The notes under the pieces: generated by a model
Seen by the model: only the letters and a program-made list of their open reading frames with translations
What the model was told of the DNA's origin: nothing
Database searches by the model: none
In this document: positions 9,511 through 19,100 of the stretch, piece after piece
How the letters are laid out: each line of letters begins with the position of its first letter
How positions within the stretch are numbered: position 1 is the first letter of the stretch
Position numbers and translations under genes: made by a program
DNA from: an uncultured Terracidiphilus sp.
GTDB taxonomy: Bacteria; Acidobacteriota; Terriglobia; Terriglobales; Acidobacteriaceae
Length of the DNA: 64,000 bases
Direction: 5' to 3'
Assembly: GCA_964644105.1 (NCBI GenBank)
Contig: CAZXVX010000001.1
Coordinates: forward strand, 1,909 to 65,908

Positions 9511-9861
9511 TCTCTATTGTACGAGGCCGACGCGTTCGCGGTTCAGGTCGCAGCTTTCAAAGCAGGCAATCCTATGAATCCGTCTGTCAAAAAATTCTCA
9601 ATCGGCTGAGAACCTGGGGTCAACACCTTTGAAAGTCGACCTTTATTTTTGTGAACGCCGGTTCAAAATGGCAAAGATGTTCCCTCTGGAGTGAGTTCTC
9701 ATTTTGTTTGCCATACACCTGTTGATTCCTATCCTTGTTCAAGGGGGCCGCGATTCGCGATGGGGCGGATACCGGCTGGGCTGGACAGCGCCCTTCTCAT
9801 CCGATAGAGTGAACCTCAGCGTTCTCATCCGAGTTGCAATGCGGCAAAAGGAGCCGTTTTC

Positions 9862-11028
9862 GTGGGATATTTTCTGTTGTTTTTGAGTGCCGCCGGAATC
9901 CTCACCTCCACAATCTTTACCCTAATGGCCTTTGTCGCGCTCGGTAAATATCAGTCTGGCAGGCGGCAGAGACGCCGGCTAGGCTTCGACTACGTACCTC
10001 CGGTTAGTATTTTGAAGCCGCTGCATGGCTCTCCGGCTTACTTGGAAGAGTGTCTGGAGGGCTACTTCAAGTTGGATTATCCGGAGTATGAGCTGATCTT
10101 CTGCGCGCGCAAAGCCGAGGACGCAGGTCTGGCCGTGGCACGCAAGCTGGCCGAACGCTACCCAAAGATTCCGGTGACGATATTGAACTCTGGCGAGCCG
10201 CCGTGGATGAACGCCCGCTGCTACTCGTTGCACCTGATGGCCAAGGCGGCGAAGTACAATTTGCTGGTTGCCACCGACGCCGATATTCCGGTGGTTCCGG
10301 AGTACTTGCGCGAGATGGTTGCGCCCTTCCGCGACCCCCAGGTGGGCGCGGCTACCTGCATCTATCGCGGCCTGGCGATTGACGGCGGCTTCGGCGAGAG
10401 TCTTGAGGGATTGGGTATGTCTGTCGAGATGACCTCCGGCGTGCTGGTGGCGGCGATGCTCGAAGGTGTGCGCTTTACACTGGGGCCTTCGGCCGCCGTA
10501 CGCAAGGAGACGCTTGAGCGCATCGGCGGCTTTGAGCGGCTGGGAAACTACGCGGCTGACGACTATATGCTCGGCTTTCTGGTTGCCGAAGCAGGTGAAA
10601 CCGTCGCGCTCTCGGACCACATCATCGAACATCTGATTCTGCGTTCAGGCTTTTGGAAGACCATTGAGCATCAGTTGAGCTGGATGCGCAGCACTCGCTT
10701 CTCCCGGCCGATGGGCCACCTGGGCACGCTTCTGACCTTCTCGGTTCCCTTTGGATTGCTGGGGCTGATGGCCGGTGCGCTGACCGGCCATCCGCTGTTG
10801 GGCCTGGCGCTGCTGGTCTTTACGCTGGCGCTCAAAACCGCGCAGTCGATGCTGGTGGGTGGATTGGCCGTGCGCAGCCGTTCCGCGGTACTGCTGGGAT
10901 TCATGTATCCCTTGCGCGACCTGATCGGGTTTTTGCTCTGGGCGGCCAGTTACCTCAGCAACAAGCTCCACTGGCACGGCAGGGTCTTTGCATTGGAAGC
11001 AGGCGGGACGATCCGCCTGCCCAAATAG
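9862..11028 (+). CDS. hpnI: HpnI-like hopanoid glycosyltransferase (GT2, ceramide glucosyltransferase-like)
   Basis: PPVSILKPLHG, DAD, GGFERLGNYAADDY and QLSWMRS motifs with TM segments. AGGAG RBS before GTG. Confidence 0.75.
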   Translation: MGYFLLFLSAAGILTSTIFTLMAFVALGKYQSGRRQRRRLGFDYVPPVSILKPLHGSPAYLEECLEGYFKLDYPEYELIFCARKAEDAGLAVARKLAERYPKIPVTILNSGEPPWMNARCYSLHLMAKAAKYNLLVATDADIPVVPEYLREMVAPFRDPQVGAATCIYRGLAIDGGFGESLEGLGMSVEMTSGVLVAAMLEGVRFTLGPSAAVRKETLERIGGFERLGNYAADDYMLGFLVAEAGETVALSDHIIEHLILRSGFWKTIEHQLSWMRSTRFSRPMGHLGTLLTFSVPFGLLGLMAGALTGHPLLGLALLVFTLALKTAQSMLVGGLAVRSRSAVLLGFMYPLRDLIGFLLWAASYLSNKLHWHGRVFALEAGGTIRLPK

Positions 11029-11094
11029 ATCCAAATCCTCGCGCAATGTGGATGAAACACAATTCCAAGCGCGGATTCCGCTTTCCTTCTCTGT

Positions 11095-14000
11095 TTAATT
11101 GACGGTCAAACTCACCACAACCGAGTGCTGCAATCCATCCGCAGTGGCAGTTACTGTGACGTTATAGGATGTCTGGGATGAACCGCCACCCGTACCGCCG
11201 CATCCGCCAATCGCCGCCGCCGCACCCAGCAGCACAACCCAAAGAAGCGGTGTCCAGCCGAGCCTGCCACCCAGCTTGCGCCAGCGTCTTGCTCCGGCAA
11301 GGAAAGGCAACAAAAGCGCCAGCGCCACAGGAGTGAATTTTCCTCCCGTGCGCATCTTCTGTATCAGCGCCGATGAGCTGGATGTTTGAATGGTCATGGT
11401 CAAGGTCTGTTGACCTCCGTTGGCGGCGATTGAGGCTGGCGAGAAGACGGCGTTCGCGCCTGTTGGTAATCCGGTGGCGGAGAAGCTAACCGTGCCGGCA
11501 TAGCTTCCATAAAGTGGGGCGACGATAAACTGGTAGCTGGCCGAGTCGCCGGCGGAGACGGTGGCGCTCTGGCTTCCGCTGGGCGTGAAGGTAAAGTCAA
11601 GCGCTCCCACTGTTACCTTGACCACCGCCGATGTGCTGATCGAGAAGTGGACGTCACCACTGTAACTGGCTGTCAAAGAGTGTTGCGAATCTGCCGACAG
11701 GGTCGTCACGTAACTGGCGGTGTCGCCCGAGAGCGCCACTGTTTGTAGCAGCGTGAGGCCGTCATAAAAGCTGACCGATCCGGTTGGCGTAGCGGAACTT
11801 GTGGTGCTAATGGTCGCCTTCAAAGTGACATCCTGACCCGGATCCACAGAATTGCTGCTGACGGTGAGTTCCGTGCTGGTGGCTATGGGTTGCGCAATCA
11901 CCGATATTTCGTCGCTGACGGTAACAATTTCCTGAACAGGCAACAGGACGGATACCAACGGCAGGACTGCGTCGGTGACCTGAATCTCCTCTTCGACAGG
12001 CACCATCACCGCTGTCGCAAGCGCGGGCGAGTCGGTGGTGTGAATGGTCTCCAGAACCGGAATCAAAACTGATTCAGCCAGAAGAGGCGTGTCGGTTACG
12101 TGAATGGTTTCACTGAAGACGATGGGGACTGAAGCGGGTGGAGCGACTCCCGTGCCGGTGAGTCCAAAGGGTTGCGGGGAGCCGGGGGCGTCGTCGGAGA
12201 CGGAAAGCGAGGCTGAGAGTGAACCGGCCGCGGCGGGAGTGAACACGACGGTCATCGTGCAGGAACCACTGACAGCCACTTGTACAGGGCAGTTATTGGT
12301 CTGGGAAAAAGATGTTATATCCGTGCCGGTGATTTGAATATTCGAGATATTCAAGCTATCCGTGCCGGTATTTTCCAGTGTCACCTGTGCGCTGCTCGAT
12401 CCAGGCATCTGCACGCTGCCGAAATCGGCATTGGTGGCGGCGTTTGCATTGTAAATAAACAGCACCGCTGAGGCGATACCCGTGCCGCTGACGCTCACCG
12501 TCTGCGGACTGCTGGAGTCGGTGTCGGTGAAGGTGATGGTTGCGTCGTTCAAGCCCAGCGAGGAGGGCAGGTAATAGACGCCAACGTAGCAGGAAGAGCT
12601 GGCGGGCACGGAGCCGCTGCAACTGTTGGTGACGGTCGTGTCCTGGAAATAGTCTGTGGGGAAGCCGATCGTGCTGATGGTGATTGCCGATGTGCCGGAG
12701 TTGGTCAGCTTTAGCGTTTGTGTGGCGCTTTGCTGGCCTTCGCGCACGGAGCCAAAGCTCAGGCCGGGGGGCGTAATGGTCAACGCGGGTGGCGCCTGGA
12801 GCGCGATCTTGTAAAAAAACAGCGGGCTACCCCAACTGTTAGTGCCGGTTGTCGCATACGAGGACGTGGTCGCTTGAAATGGATCTCTTGAAGAGCCGAT
12901 GTTGGCGTAGCCGCCGACGATCAGATTTGCGGACGAATCAAAAAGGACGGTGTATGGGCTTTGGATGCCCTCCAGTTGCGAGAAGAGCAACAGCGCGTCG
13001 GTGTTCGACTGCAGGGTGTCAAGAATCATGACCCAGGGAACGGTTTGCGAGCCAATCACTGTGCTGTTGATCGATGGAGTTTGATGGATGGGATTGATCT
13101 GCGCGTAGGGCAACACTTCAGGATAACTGTCTTCGTCATCCAAGGTTCCGGTCACGGCCACAACCCCGTTGCCGTAGTCGGCCACCGACGTCAGAAGCTC
13201 ATCGATCTCGCTGTCTCCGAAGAGCCAGGTCGAATAGGTGAGTGAATTGGAGCCAGACTGCGTGGTGTCGATCTTGGAGAGAAATGCGCCGCCCCAGTTG
13301 TAGCTGCCATGCATACCGGTGTAACTGGAGTATGCGGAGAGTCCATTGGCGGTTTGCGTGATGGGACCGGGATTCCAGCCCGCAACGTAGACCGTATCGG
13401 CGCCTTCGGTGGCCAGCCCGTTGGGCGACAGAATATCCGTGTTATCCAAGCCCGCGCCGATATAGGTCGAGTAAGACGGTTTTCCGGTTGCATCCAGTTG
13501 GAGCAGAAAGGCGCAATAGTTGGTGGTTGGCGCCAGGCATGCCGTCTGAAAGCCATTCATCGGCGGCGCTTGCGCGGCGCCGGGGAAGCTGCTCAGGGAA
13601 GTATATTCGCTGCCCAGAATATAGGTGTTGCTGGAGCTGTCCACGGCGATGGCAGAAAGAGTCGCCATCTCGACATATTCGGCGTATTTCAAGCCGCTGG
13701 AGCCGCTCTTGGTGGTGTCGATGGCAAAGATATAGGGATTCTCCGTGCTGGTCGCAACGGTAGTCGACAGCGACGAACCATCGGTCGAAACCTCATAAGG
13801 ATACGCCATGCCGGCGACGTAGGCCACCTGGTTCGCGTCCACTGCCACGGTGGCGGCAAACATGCTCAGTGAACCGTAGGTGGCTGTGTAGCCGTCAAAT
13901 CCGCTTTTATTTGGGAAATAGGTCGAATAGAGCAGTTCTGTTCCGTCAGGACTGATTTTGGTCAGCACCGGCGAGGTCAACCACTTGCCGCTGTCAAAGG

Positions 14001-15321
14001 TTGGCGTTTGGCTGTAGGCGTTGGTGGTGGTCGGATAGCTGCTCGACCCAGTGGTTCCGGCAAAGTAAACATTGCCGGCGCTATCCACGGTCAGATCGTT
14101 GGGCATGAAGTAGCCCTCGCTGCCGTTGATCTGATACGGCGCCAGGCTGAGATACTGGTCGCCGCCGCCAATGTAACTCGACCAAAGCAGCGAAGCCGCG
14201 CCCGATTGCGTGGTGTCAAACTTGGCGACAAAATAGCTGATGCAGTTGTTGTTCACACTGTTCAGTACGCAAGTGCTCTGGAAGGCGCCCGAGGTGGCGG
14301 GCACCGTATTCCTGATGGTTGATCCCGCCAGATACACATATCCGTTCGAGTCAACCGCCACGCCCATAAACTGCGTCTCGCCGCCAAAGACTGTGGAGTA
14401 GTTGATATAAGGCTGATTGATGACAGGATTTTTTATTTCGAAGGCCTCGTCCAGCTTGCCCAGCTTGATCAGCGCGATAGGATCAATCACCAGCGGTTGG
14501 GTGTGATCGTAGTCGCCCACTGCAAAGCTCACGGTGTTGTCCGCGGCGATCTGATAGCCGCCCTGAATCTCGCGATCGTGATCGCCCTGCGGCTGATAGA
14601 GCAGCGGCTTCAGAAAGCGAAAGCTGCTGCCGTTGTTTTCGGCAATCAAGTCGCCGCTTTGCGGGTCGATGCTTAGCTTTTCAGCGCCGTCCATCTTCAG
14701 GCGGATGGCCGATGGATCGCCGCCGGGGGCAACTTCCAGGTCATATTCCAGCCGCGCATGATTGCCGTAATAGACTAAATCGACGCCGGGATAGAGCGAG
14801 GGAATGCGCACGCGTTGGTAGTTGTCGATTCCGGTGCGCCACTGTGCGCTGTTGTTGCCGATAAAGTAATTGCTTTTGGCGCGATTCTTTTCTTCGGGGC
14901 ATGGCGCGGCGACGGTATTTGCACCCTGCCAACTCAAGCGCAACGCAAAGCCACGGCCTGCATCGTTGCGCACCAGCGTGGCGTCACGATCCGAGAGAAA
15001 GACCTGAAAGCCCTCAGCGCGCGCCGTATAGCGAACACGAGCGTCCTTCTGCCCGGAATTCTCTTCAAAGAGCAGGGGCAGCTTGGCGAACAGCTTGGTG
15101 GCGCGCGCTGTGGCGGCCTGGTTGGCGGTTATCGGCTGGGGCGCAGCGGCCTGCGCCCACGTAGCCATTGGGGGTGAAACCATTCCGAAAGCGGCTGCCG
15201 AGAGAAAAATGGCCGCCGTCCTGCTACGAAGATATGCGTAGCGACCTTTGACCGTGGCGCAGCCGTCCGTCGCCCGCGTTTGCACGAACGTATTCCTTTG
15301 TCTTGCCATCATGCCCGCCAT
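11095..15321 (-). CDS. Large secreted surface protein: SBBP beta-propeller, ASH/choice-of-anchor D domains, Ig-like (Big_3) domains
   Basis: Signal peptide, LPLLFEENSGQ...LYPGVDLVYYG...LEYDLEVAPGGDP...PLVIDP N-domain, AVDSxGxxY repeats, LTNSGTSAITIS domains, TPTGSVSFYDG Ig domain and a C-terminal hydrophobic/basic segment. Confidence 0.85.
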   Translation of the reverse strand: MAGMMARQRNTFVQTRATDGCATVKGRYAYLRSRTAAIFLSAAAFGMVSPPMATWAQAAAPQPITANQAATARATKLFAKLPLLFEENSGQKDARVRYTARAEGFQVFLSDRDATLVRNDAGRGFALRLSWQGANTVAAPCPEEKNRAKSNYFIGNNSAQWRTGIDNYQRVRIPSLYPGVDLVYYGNHARLEYDLEVAPGGDPSAIRLKMDGAEKLSIDPQSGDLIAENNGSSFRFLKPLLYQPQGDHDREIQGGYQIAADNTVSFAVGDYDHTQPLVIDPIALIKLGKLDEAFEIKNPVINQPYINYSTVFGGETQFMGVAVDSNGYVYLAGSTIRNTVPATSGAFQSTCVLNSVNNNCISYFVAKFDTTQSGAASLLWSSYIGGGDQYLSLAPYQINGSEGYFMPNDLTVDSAGNVYFAGTTGSSSYPTTTNAYSQTPTFDSGKWLTSPVLTKISPDGTELLYSTYFPNKSGFDGYTATYGSLSMFAATVAVDANQVAYVAGMAYPYEVSTDGSSLSTTVATSTENPYIFAIDTTKSGSSGLKYAEYVEMATLSAIAVDSSSNTYILGSEYTSLSSFPGAAQAPPMNGFQTACLAPTTNYCAFLLQLDATGKPSYSTYIGAGLDNTDILSPNGLATEGADTVYVAGWNPGPITQTANGLSAYSSYTGMHGSYNWGGAFLSKIDTTQSGSNSLTYSTWLFGDSEIDELLTSVADYGNGVVAVTGTLDDEDSYPEVLPYAQINPIHQTPSINSTVIGSQTVPWVMILDTLQSNTDALLLFSQLEGIQSPYTVLFDSSANLIVGGYANIGSSRDPFQATTSSYATTGTNSWGSPLFFYKIALQAPPALTITPPGLSFGSVREGQQSATQTLKLTNSGTSAITISTIGFPTDYFQDTTVTNSCSGSVPASSSCYVGVYYLPSSLGLNDATITFTDTDSSSPQTVSVSGTGIASAVLFIYNANAATNADFGSVQMPGSSSAQVTLENTGTDSLNISNIQITGTDITSFSQTNNCPVQVAVSGSCTMTVVFTPAAAGSLSASLSVSDDAPGSPQPFGLTGTGVAPPASVPIVFSETIHVTDTPLLAESVLIPVLETIHTTDSPALATAVMVPVEEEIQVTDAVLPLVSVLLPVQEIVTVSDEISVIAQPIATSTELTVSSNSVDPGQDVTLKATISTTSSATPTGSVSFYDGLTLLQTVALSGDTASYVTTLSADSQHSLTASYSGDVHFSISTSAVVKVTVGALDFTFTPSGSQSATVSAGDSASYQFIVAPLYGSYAGTVSFSATGLPTGANAVFSPASIAANGGQQTLTMTIQTSSSSALIQKMRTGGKFTPVALALLLPFLAGARRWRKLGGRLGWTPLLWVVLLGAAAAIGGCGGTGGGSSQTSYNVTVTATADGLQHSVVVSLTVN
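11901..12140 (-). repeat. Intragenic 60-nt tandem repeat (4 x 20 aa)
   Basis: GTCG recurs at 11911, 11971, 12031 and 12091. Protein units ETIHVTD, ETIHTTD, EEIQVTD, EIVTVSD. Confidence 0.8.
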
Positions 15322-15379
15322 CGCTCGTCTCCTGTCTTGATTTGCCTTTGCCGTTCATGCCGGTCTGGCTCTGGCGGCT

Positions 15380-16147
15380 CTAGGAGAAGCTGATGGTGAC
15401 GGTGAATTGTACGATTTGGCCGGCGACCACCGGGATAGCACTGGGAAGAACATGCAATGTAAATTCCTCAGCGCCCGTGCCATTGAAGTTGGCATTCGAA
15501 GTTGCGCTTGTAATCGCAAGGCACGCGTTTGTATCGTCGGGTCCGGTGGGAGCGGCAACCATCAAACATTCACTGGTCACGGTGCCAACCTGAATGATGC
15601 TGGTATTCATCGTCGCAGTGGCCGCTCCGCTGATGACAAGAGTGGCGGAAGTGGTCGCTGTCGCCGCGATAATCTTATTGCTGGCTCCGCTGTACACAGG
15701 CGCACTAATTCGGTTGGCCTGCACCGCACCGAGAGGTCCAGAACTGGTGGAGTCTACAAGGAGGCATCCGATTCCGGTCTTGCACCAGCCACTATTATCC
15801 ACAAAGAAAATCCCCCAATCGCCCGGTACCCAGCTTCCCGTGAGAAAGTTGACCAGCGCGGAATCACCGGCTCCAGGCGTTACCAGAGCGTTGTTGAACT
15901 CTGTTGTTGAGGCGATGCTGCCATCCGGATTCTTGACGACGATCTTCCAGTGGCCGTGAACCTTGAGTCCCTCCTGACCGGGCTTGGCGGCAGAAGATAA
16001 CTGCGCTGGGGCCGGAAGCGCCTTGACGGCAGAGACGGCTGCAGCCGCCGCAGGAGAAGCCTGCTGAGCCAGTGAAATCGTTGCAAACAGGGCCAGCGTT
16101 GCCGCCGCCATCATCGACCTGCATACCGTATTTCCAAAGTTGTTCAT
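15380..16147 (-). CDS. Secreted hypothetical protein
   Basis: 255 aa with signal peptide and GAGGGA RBS-like site. Co-oriented with and immediately upstream of the 1408-aa gene. Confidence 0.75.
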   Translation of the reverse strand: MNNFGNTVCRSMMAAATLALFATISLAQQASPAAAAAVSAVKALPAPAQLSSAAKPGQEGLKVHGHWKIVVKNPDGSIASTTEFNNALVTPGAGDSALVNFLTGSWVPGDWGIFFVDNSGWCKTGIGCLLVDSTSSGPLGAVQANRISAPVYSGASNKIIAATATTSATLVISGAATATMNTSIIQVGTVTSECLMVAAPTGPDDTNACLAITSATSNANFNGTGAEEFTLHVLPSAIPVVAGQIVQFTVTISFS

Positions 16148-16233
16148 TGCTTTCCCTCGTCCTTGATTGAAGTTTTGCTCGCTGTGGGAATCGCTTCCCG
16201 TTCAAATCCGTCAGGCCGGCTTCTCCGGTCCGC

Positions 16234-16470
16234 CTACTGCTGACCTCTGGTCAGTCGTCGAGTAAACGCATAGGCGAGCTCTTTTTCCGTCTCACACGGC
16301 AGAGACTGCCCGCAATACCTGCAAATGCCAACCTCCCCGATTGCCCCCTGCGCCTGGGCGATCTCTCGCCGCTCGACGGTGATTTCGACGCGCCGCACGA
16401 TGCGTCTCATGATTTTCATTTCTTCACTTTGCGCACTGGCCTTCGGCCTCCGGTCGTCTTTTGAAATCAT
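16234..16470 (-). CDS. Small basic hypothetical protein with CxxC
   Basis: RRIVRRVEITVERREI...CRYCG, GGAG RBS, first gene of the minus-strand run. Confidence 0.5.
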   Translation of the reverse strand: MISKDDRRPKASAQSEEMKIMRRIVRRVEITVERREIAQAQGAIGEVGICRYCGQSLPCETEKELAYAFTRRLTRGQQ

Positions 16471-16796
16471 TGATTCTCCCGTTTGGAATCGCCCCTCTTT
16501 CGGCCTTCATTGACGATTCAACCGTGAAGGAGCAATAAATGTCCTCAAGGACAATCTCATTTTTTCTCAATTGATCTCAATCTTTTTAACTGTTTATTTA
16601 TCTGTATGTTGAAGGACAGTACATCTGCCTCGGATGCGCTAGTATTCACATGGACACACCGAATCCTTTCCTGCGGCGCAGAGGTAAAGCTGCGCGCCGG
16701 TTCCGCCATTGAATCTGTTTTGAATGCATAGTCCTTAACAACTGGAAGGAGTGATTCTGCTAGAATCCCATCAAAGTACGTCCTCTTTTTCTTTTC

Positions 16797-18974
16797 GTGG
16801 ATTTTTTGCTGAAGGAAATACAAAATCATCCTTGCTCTATTCATGGGTTCACAAGCGTGTTGCAAGAAGTTCGTATTCTGCTGTTCGAAGGCTTTGAAGT
16901 TGACCCCGGCCAGCGGCTGCTGACACGGAACGGTCAACCTGTTCCGCTGAACGCCAGAACACTGGATGTGCTGCTTTATCTAGCCAAACATCCGCAGCGG
17001 CTGGTGACCAAAGAGGAGTTGTTACAAGCGGTCTGGCCAGGTTCGTTTGTTGAGGAAAGCAACCTGACGCAGCACGTCTTCCTTTTGCGCAAGGCGCTGG
17101 CCGCGGCTGGTGAGTCAATTTCGCTGGTGGCGACGGTTCCGGGCAAGGGTTATCAATTCACCGCGCCGGTCGAAAGTGTTCTGCGTTCTTCTCCGCATGA
17201 AGCTCAGGCCGTGCTGCAGAGAGTCCACGAAGTAACCCGTGTGGTGGTCGAGGAAACCATTGAGGAGGAAGCTTCTCAGCCAGCTCCCAAGCTTCTAGGG
17301 GCTGGTTCCCCGCCCCGCCGAAGAGTTTTTCTGTTGGGCACGGTCGTTGCCGGCGCGCTGGCCGTTCTACTGTCCATGAGGATATTTGCCCCCGCGAATC
17401 CGCGCGTGGCAAGCTACCAGCAGATCACTCACGATGGCAATACAAAGTTTATCGGTGGAACAGACGGCAACCGTATCTACTACACCGAAGAGGTGCCCGA
17501 TCTGATCCAAGAAGTTTCGGTGACCGGCGGAGCAGCGGCTCCGATAGACATTCCGCTGCAATATGTTTGGGCGGGCGATGTCTCTCCAGATGGAGCAACC
17601 CTGCTGGTTGTTTCCCAGGCCGGAGGCCAGGGTCCGGGCGACTCCCTTTGGAGCTATCAGCTGATGGGCGGAGCGATACGGCGGATTGCCAATGCCCTGA
17701 ATTCCGCATGGTTTCCTGACGGACAAAGCATTGTTTACTCTACAGCCAATGGCGACATCTACAAAAGCCTGCGAGATGGTTCAGACGCCAGAAAGCTGAT
17801 CTCCACAGGCGGCTATGTCAAGTCCTTAGCCTGCTCGCCGAATGGGCGGCTGATCCGCTTTTCCAAAGACGGCCTGCTCTGGCAGATGGACGCCAATGGA
17901 GGCAATCTTCACCAACTGCTGCCCCGATGGAGCAAGACCGCCACGCAGTGGTCTGGTCGTTGGAGTCAGGATGGGAGATTCTTTTTTGTCTCGGACGATC
18001 AGCTATGGGTATTGAAGAACGATTTTCTGCCGGAGTTTCATTCGCCTTCGGTTCCGGTGCAATTGACATCTGGCCCTACCGTTTGGGACATGCCTATTCC
18101 CAGCCGAGACGGAAGTAAGATTATCGCCTCTGGACGCACCAAACGGGGTGAATTGGTCCGGCTTGATCCGCATACCGGCCAGCTTCAACCTTTTCTAGAT
18201 GGCCTGTCCGTCGAGTTCCTCAGCTACTCGAACGATGGCAAGAGCATTATGTATGTAAGCTTTCCGGAAGGCATTCTCTGGAGAGCTAACCTGGATGGAA
18301 GCCATCTTGTCCAATTGACCTCGCCTCCCGTCTATCCCAAATCCCCGCGCTGGTCGCCGGATGGATCCCAAGTTCTCTTCGTGGATAGCACTGCCGAAAA
18401 TGTCAGCTCCATCTTCGTGCTTCCAACCGATGGCGGGGGAATACCTAGGCGGCTTTTGCCTGACGATCGCGATGCGGAAACTGATCCGTGCTGGTCGCCG
18501 GATGGGTCCAAGATTGTTTTCTCCACCATCAATGCCGTGGGAGCCAGCTCAAAATCCGATCTGCGCATCCTAGATATCGCAACCAAACACGTCACGATTC
18601 TGCCAGAGTCCGACGGCCTGACCGTACCTCGGTGGTCGCCTGACGGAGGCTCCATCGCCGCCATGACGGTTGATTCTTTGAGTCTTCGCGTTCTTTCTCT
18701 CGCAACCCGACGCTGGTCGGTGCTGAACTCCGGAAGTGTCGCATTTCCAGAATGGTCGCACGATGGGCGATTCCTATACTTTATCGATTGGCATGGCGAC
18801 GGCTTGCTGGCGCGCATCTCCGCGGCCAACAACCGGAAAGAAAAAATCGCCGATTTAAAAGGAGCGCGTTTTACCGGATTCTATACTTCCTGGATGGCTC
18901 TCGATCCCGAAGACACTCCGCTCATGCTGCGTGACATTGGCAGAGACGACATCTACGCGCTCACACTTGAATAA
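16797..18974 (+). CDS. CadC/OmpR-type winged-helix membrane regulator with TolB-like (PD40) beta-propeller
   Basis: FEGFEVDPGQRLL, LVTKEELLQAVWPGSFVEESNLTQHVFLLRKAL and TVPGKGYQF, one TM segment, repeated WSPDG. True start probably about 16857. Confidence 0.92.
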   Translation: MDFLLKEIQNHPCSIHGFTSVLQEVRILLFEGFEVDPGQRLLTRNGQPVPLNARTLDVLLYLAKHPQRLVTKEELLQAVWPGSFVEESNLTQHVFLLRKALAAAGESISLVATVPGKGYQFTAPVESVLRSSPHEAQAVLQRVHEVTRVVVEETIEEEASQPAPKLLGAGSPPRRRVFLLGTVVAGALAVLLSMRIFAPANPRVASYQQITHDGNTKFIGGTDGNRIYYTEEVPDLIQEVSVTGGAAAPIDIPLQYVWAGDVSPDGATLLVVSQAGGQGPGDSLWSYQLMGGAIRRIANALNSAWFPDGQSIVYSTANGDIYKSLRDGSDARKLISTGGYVKSLACSPNGRLIRFSKDGLLWQMDANGGNLHQLLPRWSKTATQWSGRWSQDGRFFFVSDDQLWVLKNDFLPEFHSPSVPVQLTSGPTVWDMPIPSRDGSKIIASGRTKRGELVRLDPHTGQLQPFLDGLSVEFLSYSNDGKSIMYVSFPEGILWRANLDGSHLVQLTSPPVYPKSPRWSPDGSQVLFVDSTAENVSSIFVLPTDGGGIPRRLLPDDRDAETDPCWSPDGSKIVFSTINAVGASSKSDLRILDIATKHVTILPESDGLTVPRWSPDGGSIAAMTVDSLSLRVLSLATRRWSVLNSGSVAFPEWSHDGRFLYFIDWHGDGLLARISAANNRKEKIADLKGARFTGFYTSWMALDPEDTPLMLRDIGRDDIYALTLE

Positions 18975-19021
18975 CTTATTTATTCATATCAGCTTACAAT
19001 TATTTCTTGGTTTGCTGGCAG

Positions 19022-19055
19022 GCGTCAGGGCGTGACTGCTGTCCCGCCCTGACGC
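19022..19055. terminator. Hairpin between convergent genes
   Basis: GCGTCAGGGCG ... CGCCCTGACGC perfect 11-bp stem. Confidence 0.65.
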
Positions 19056-19100
19056 TTATTCAAAATCCAGATGGGAATTTCCAAGGGGCCCTGTGGGTCT

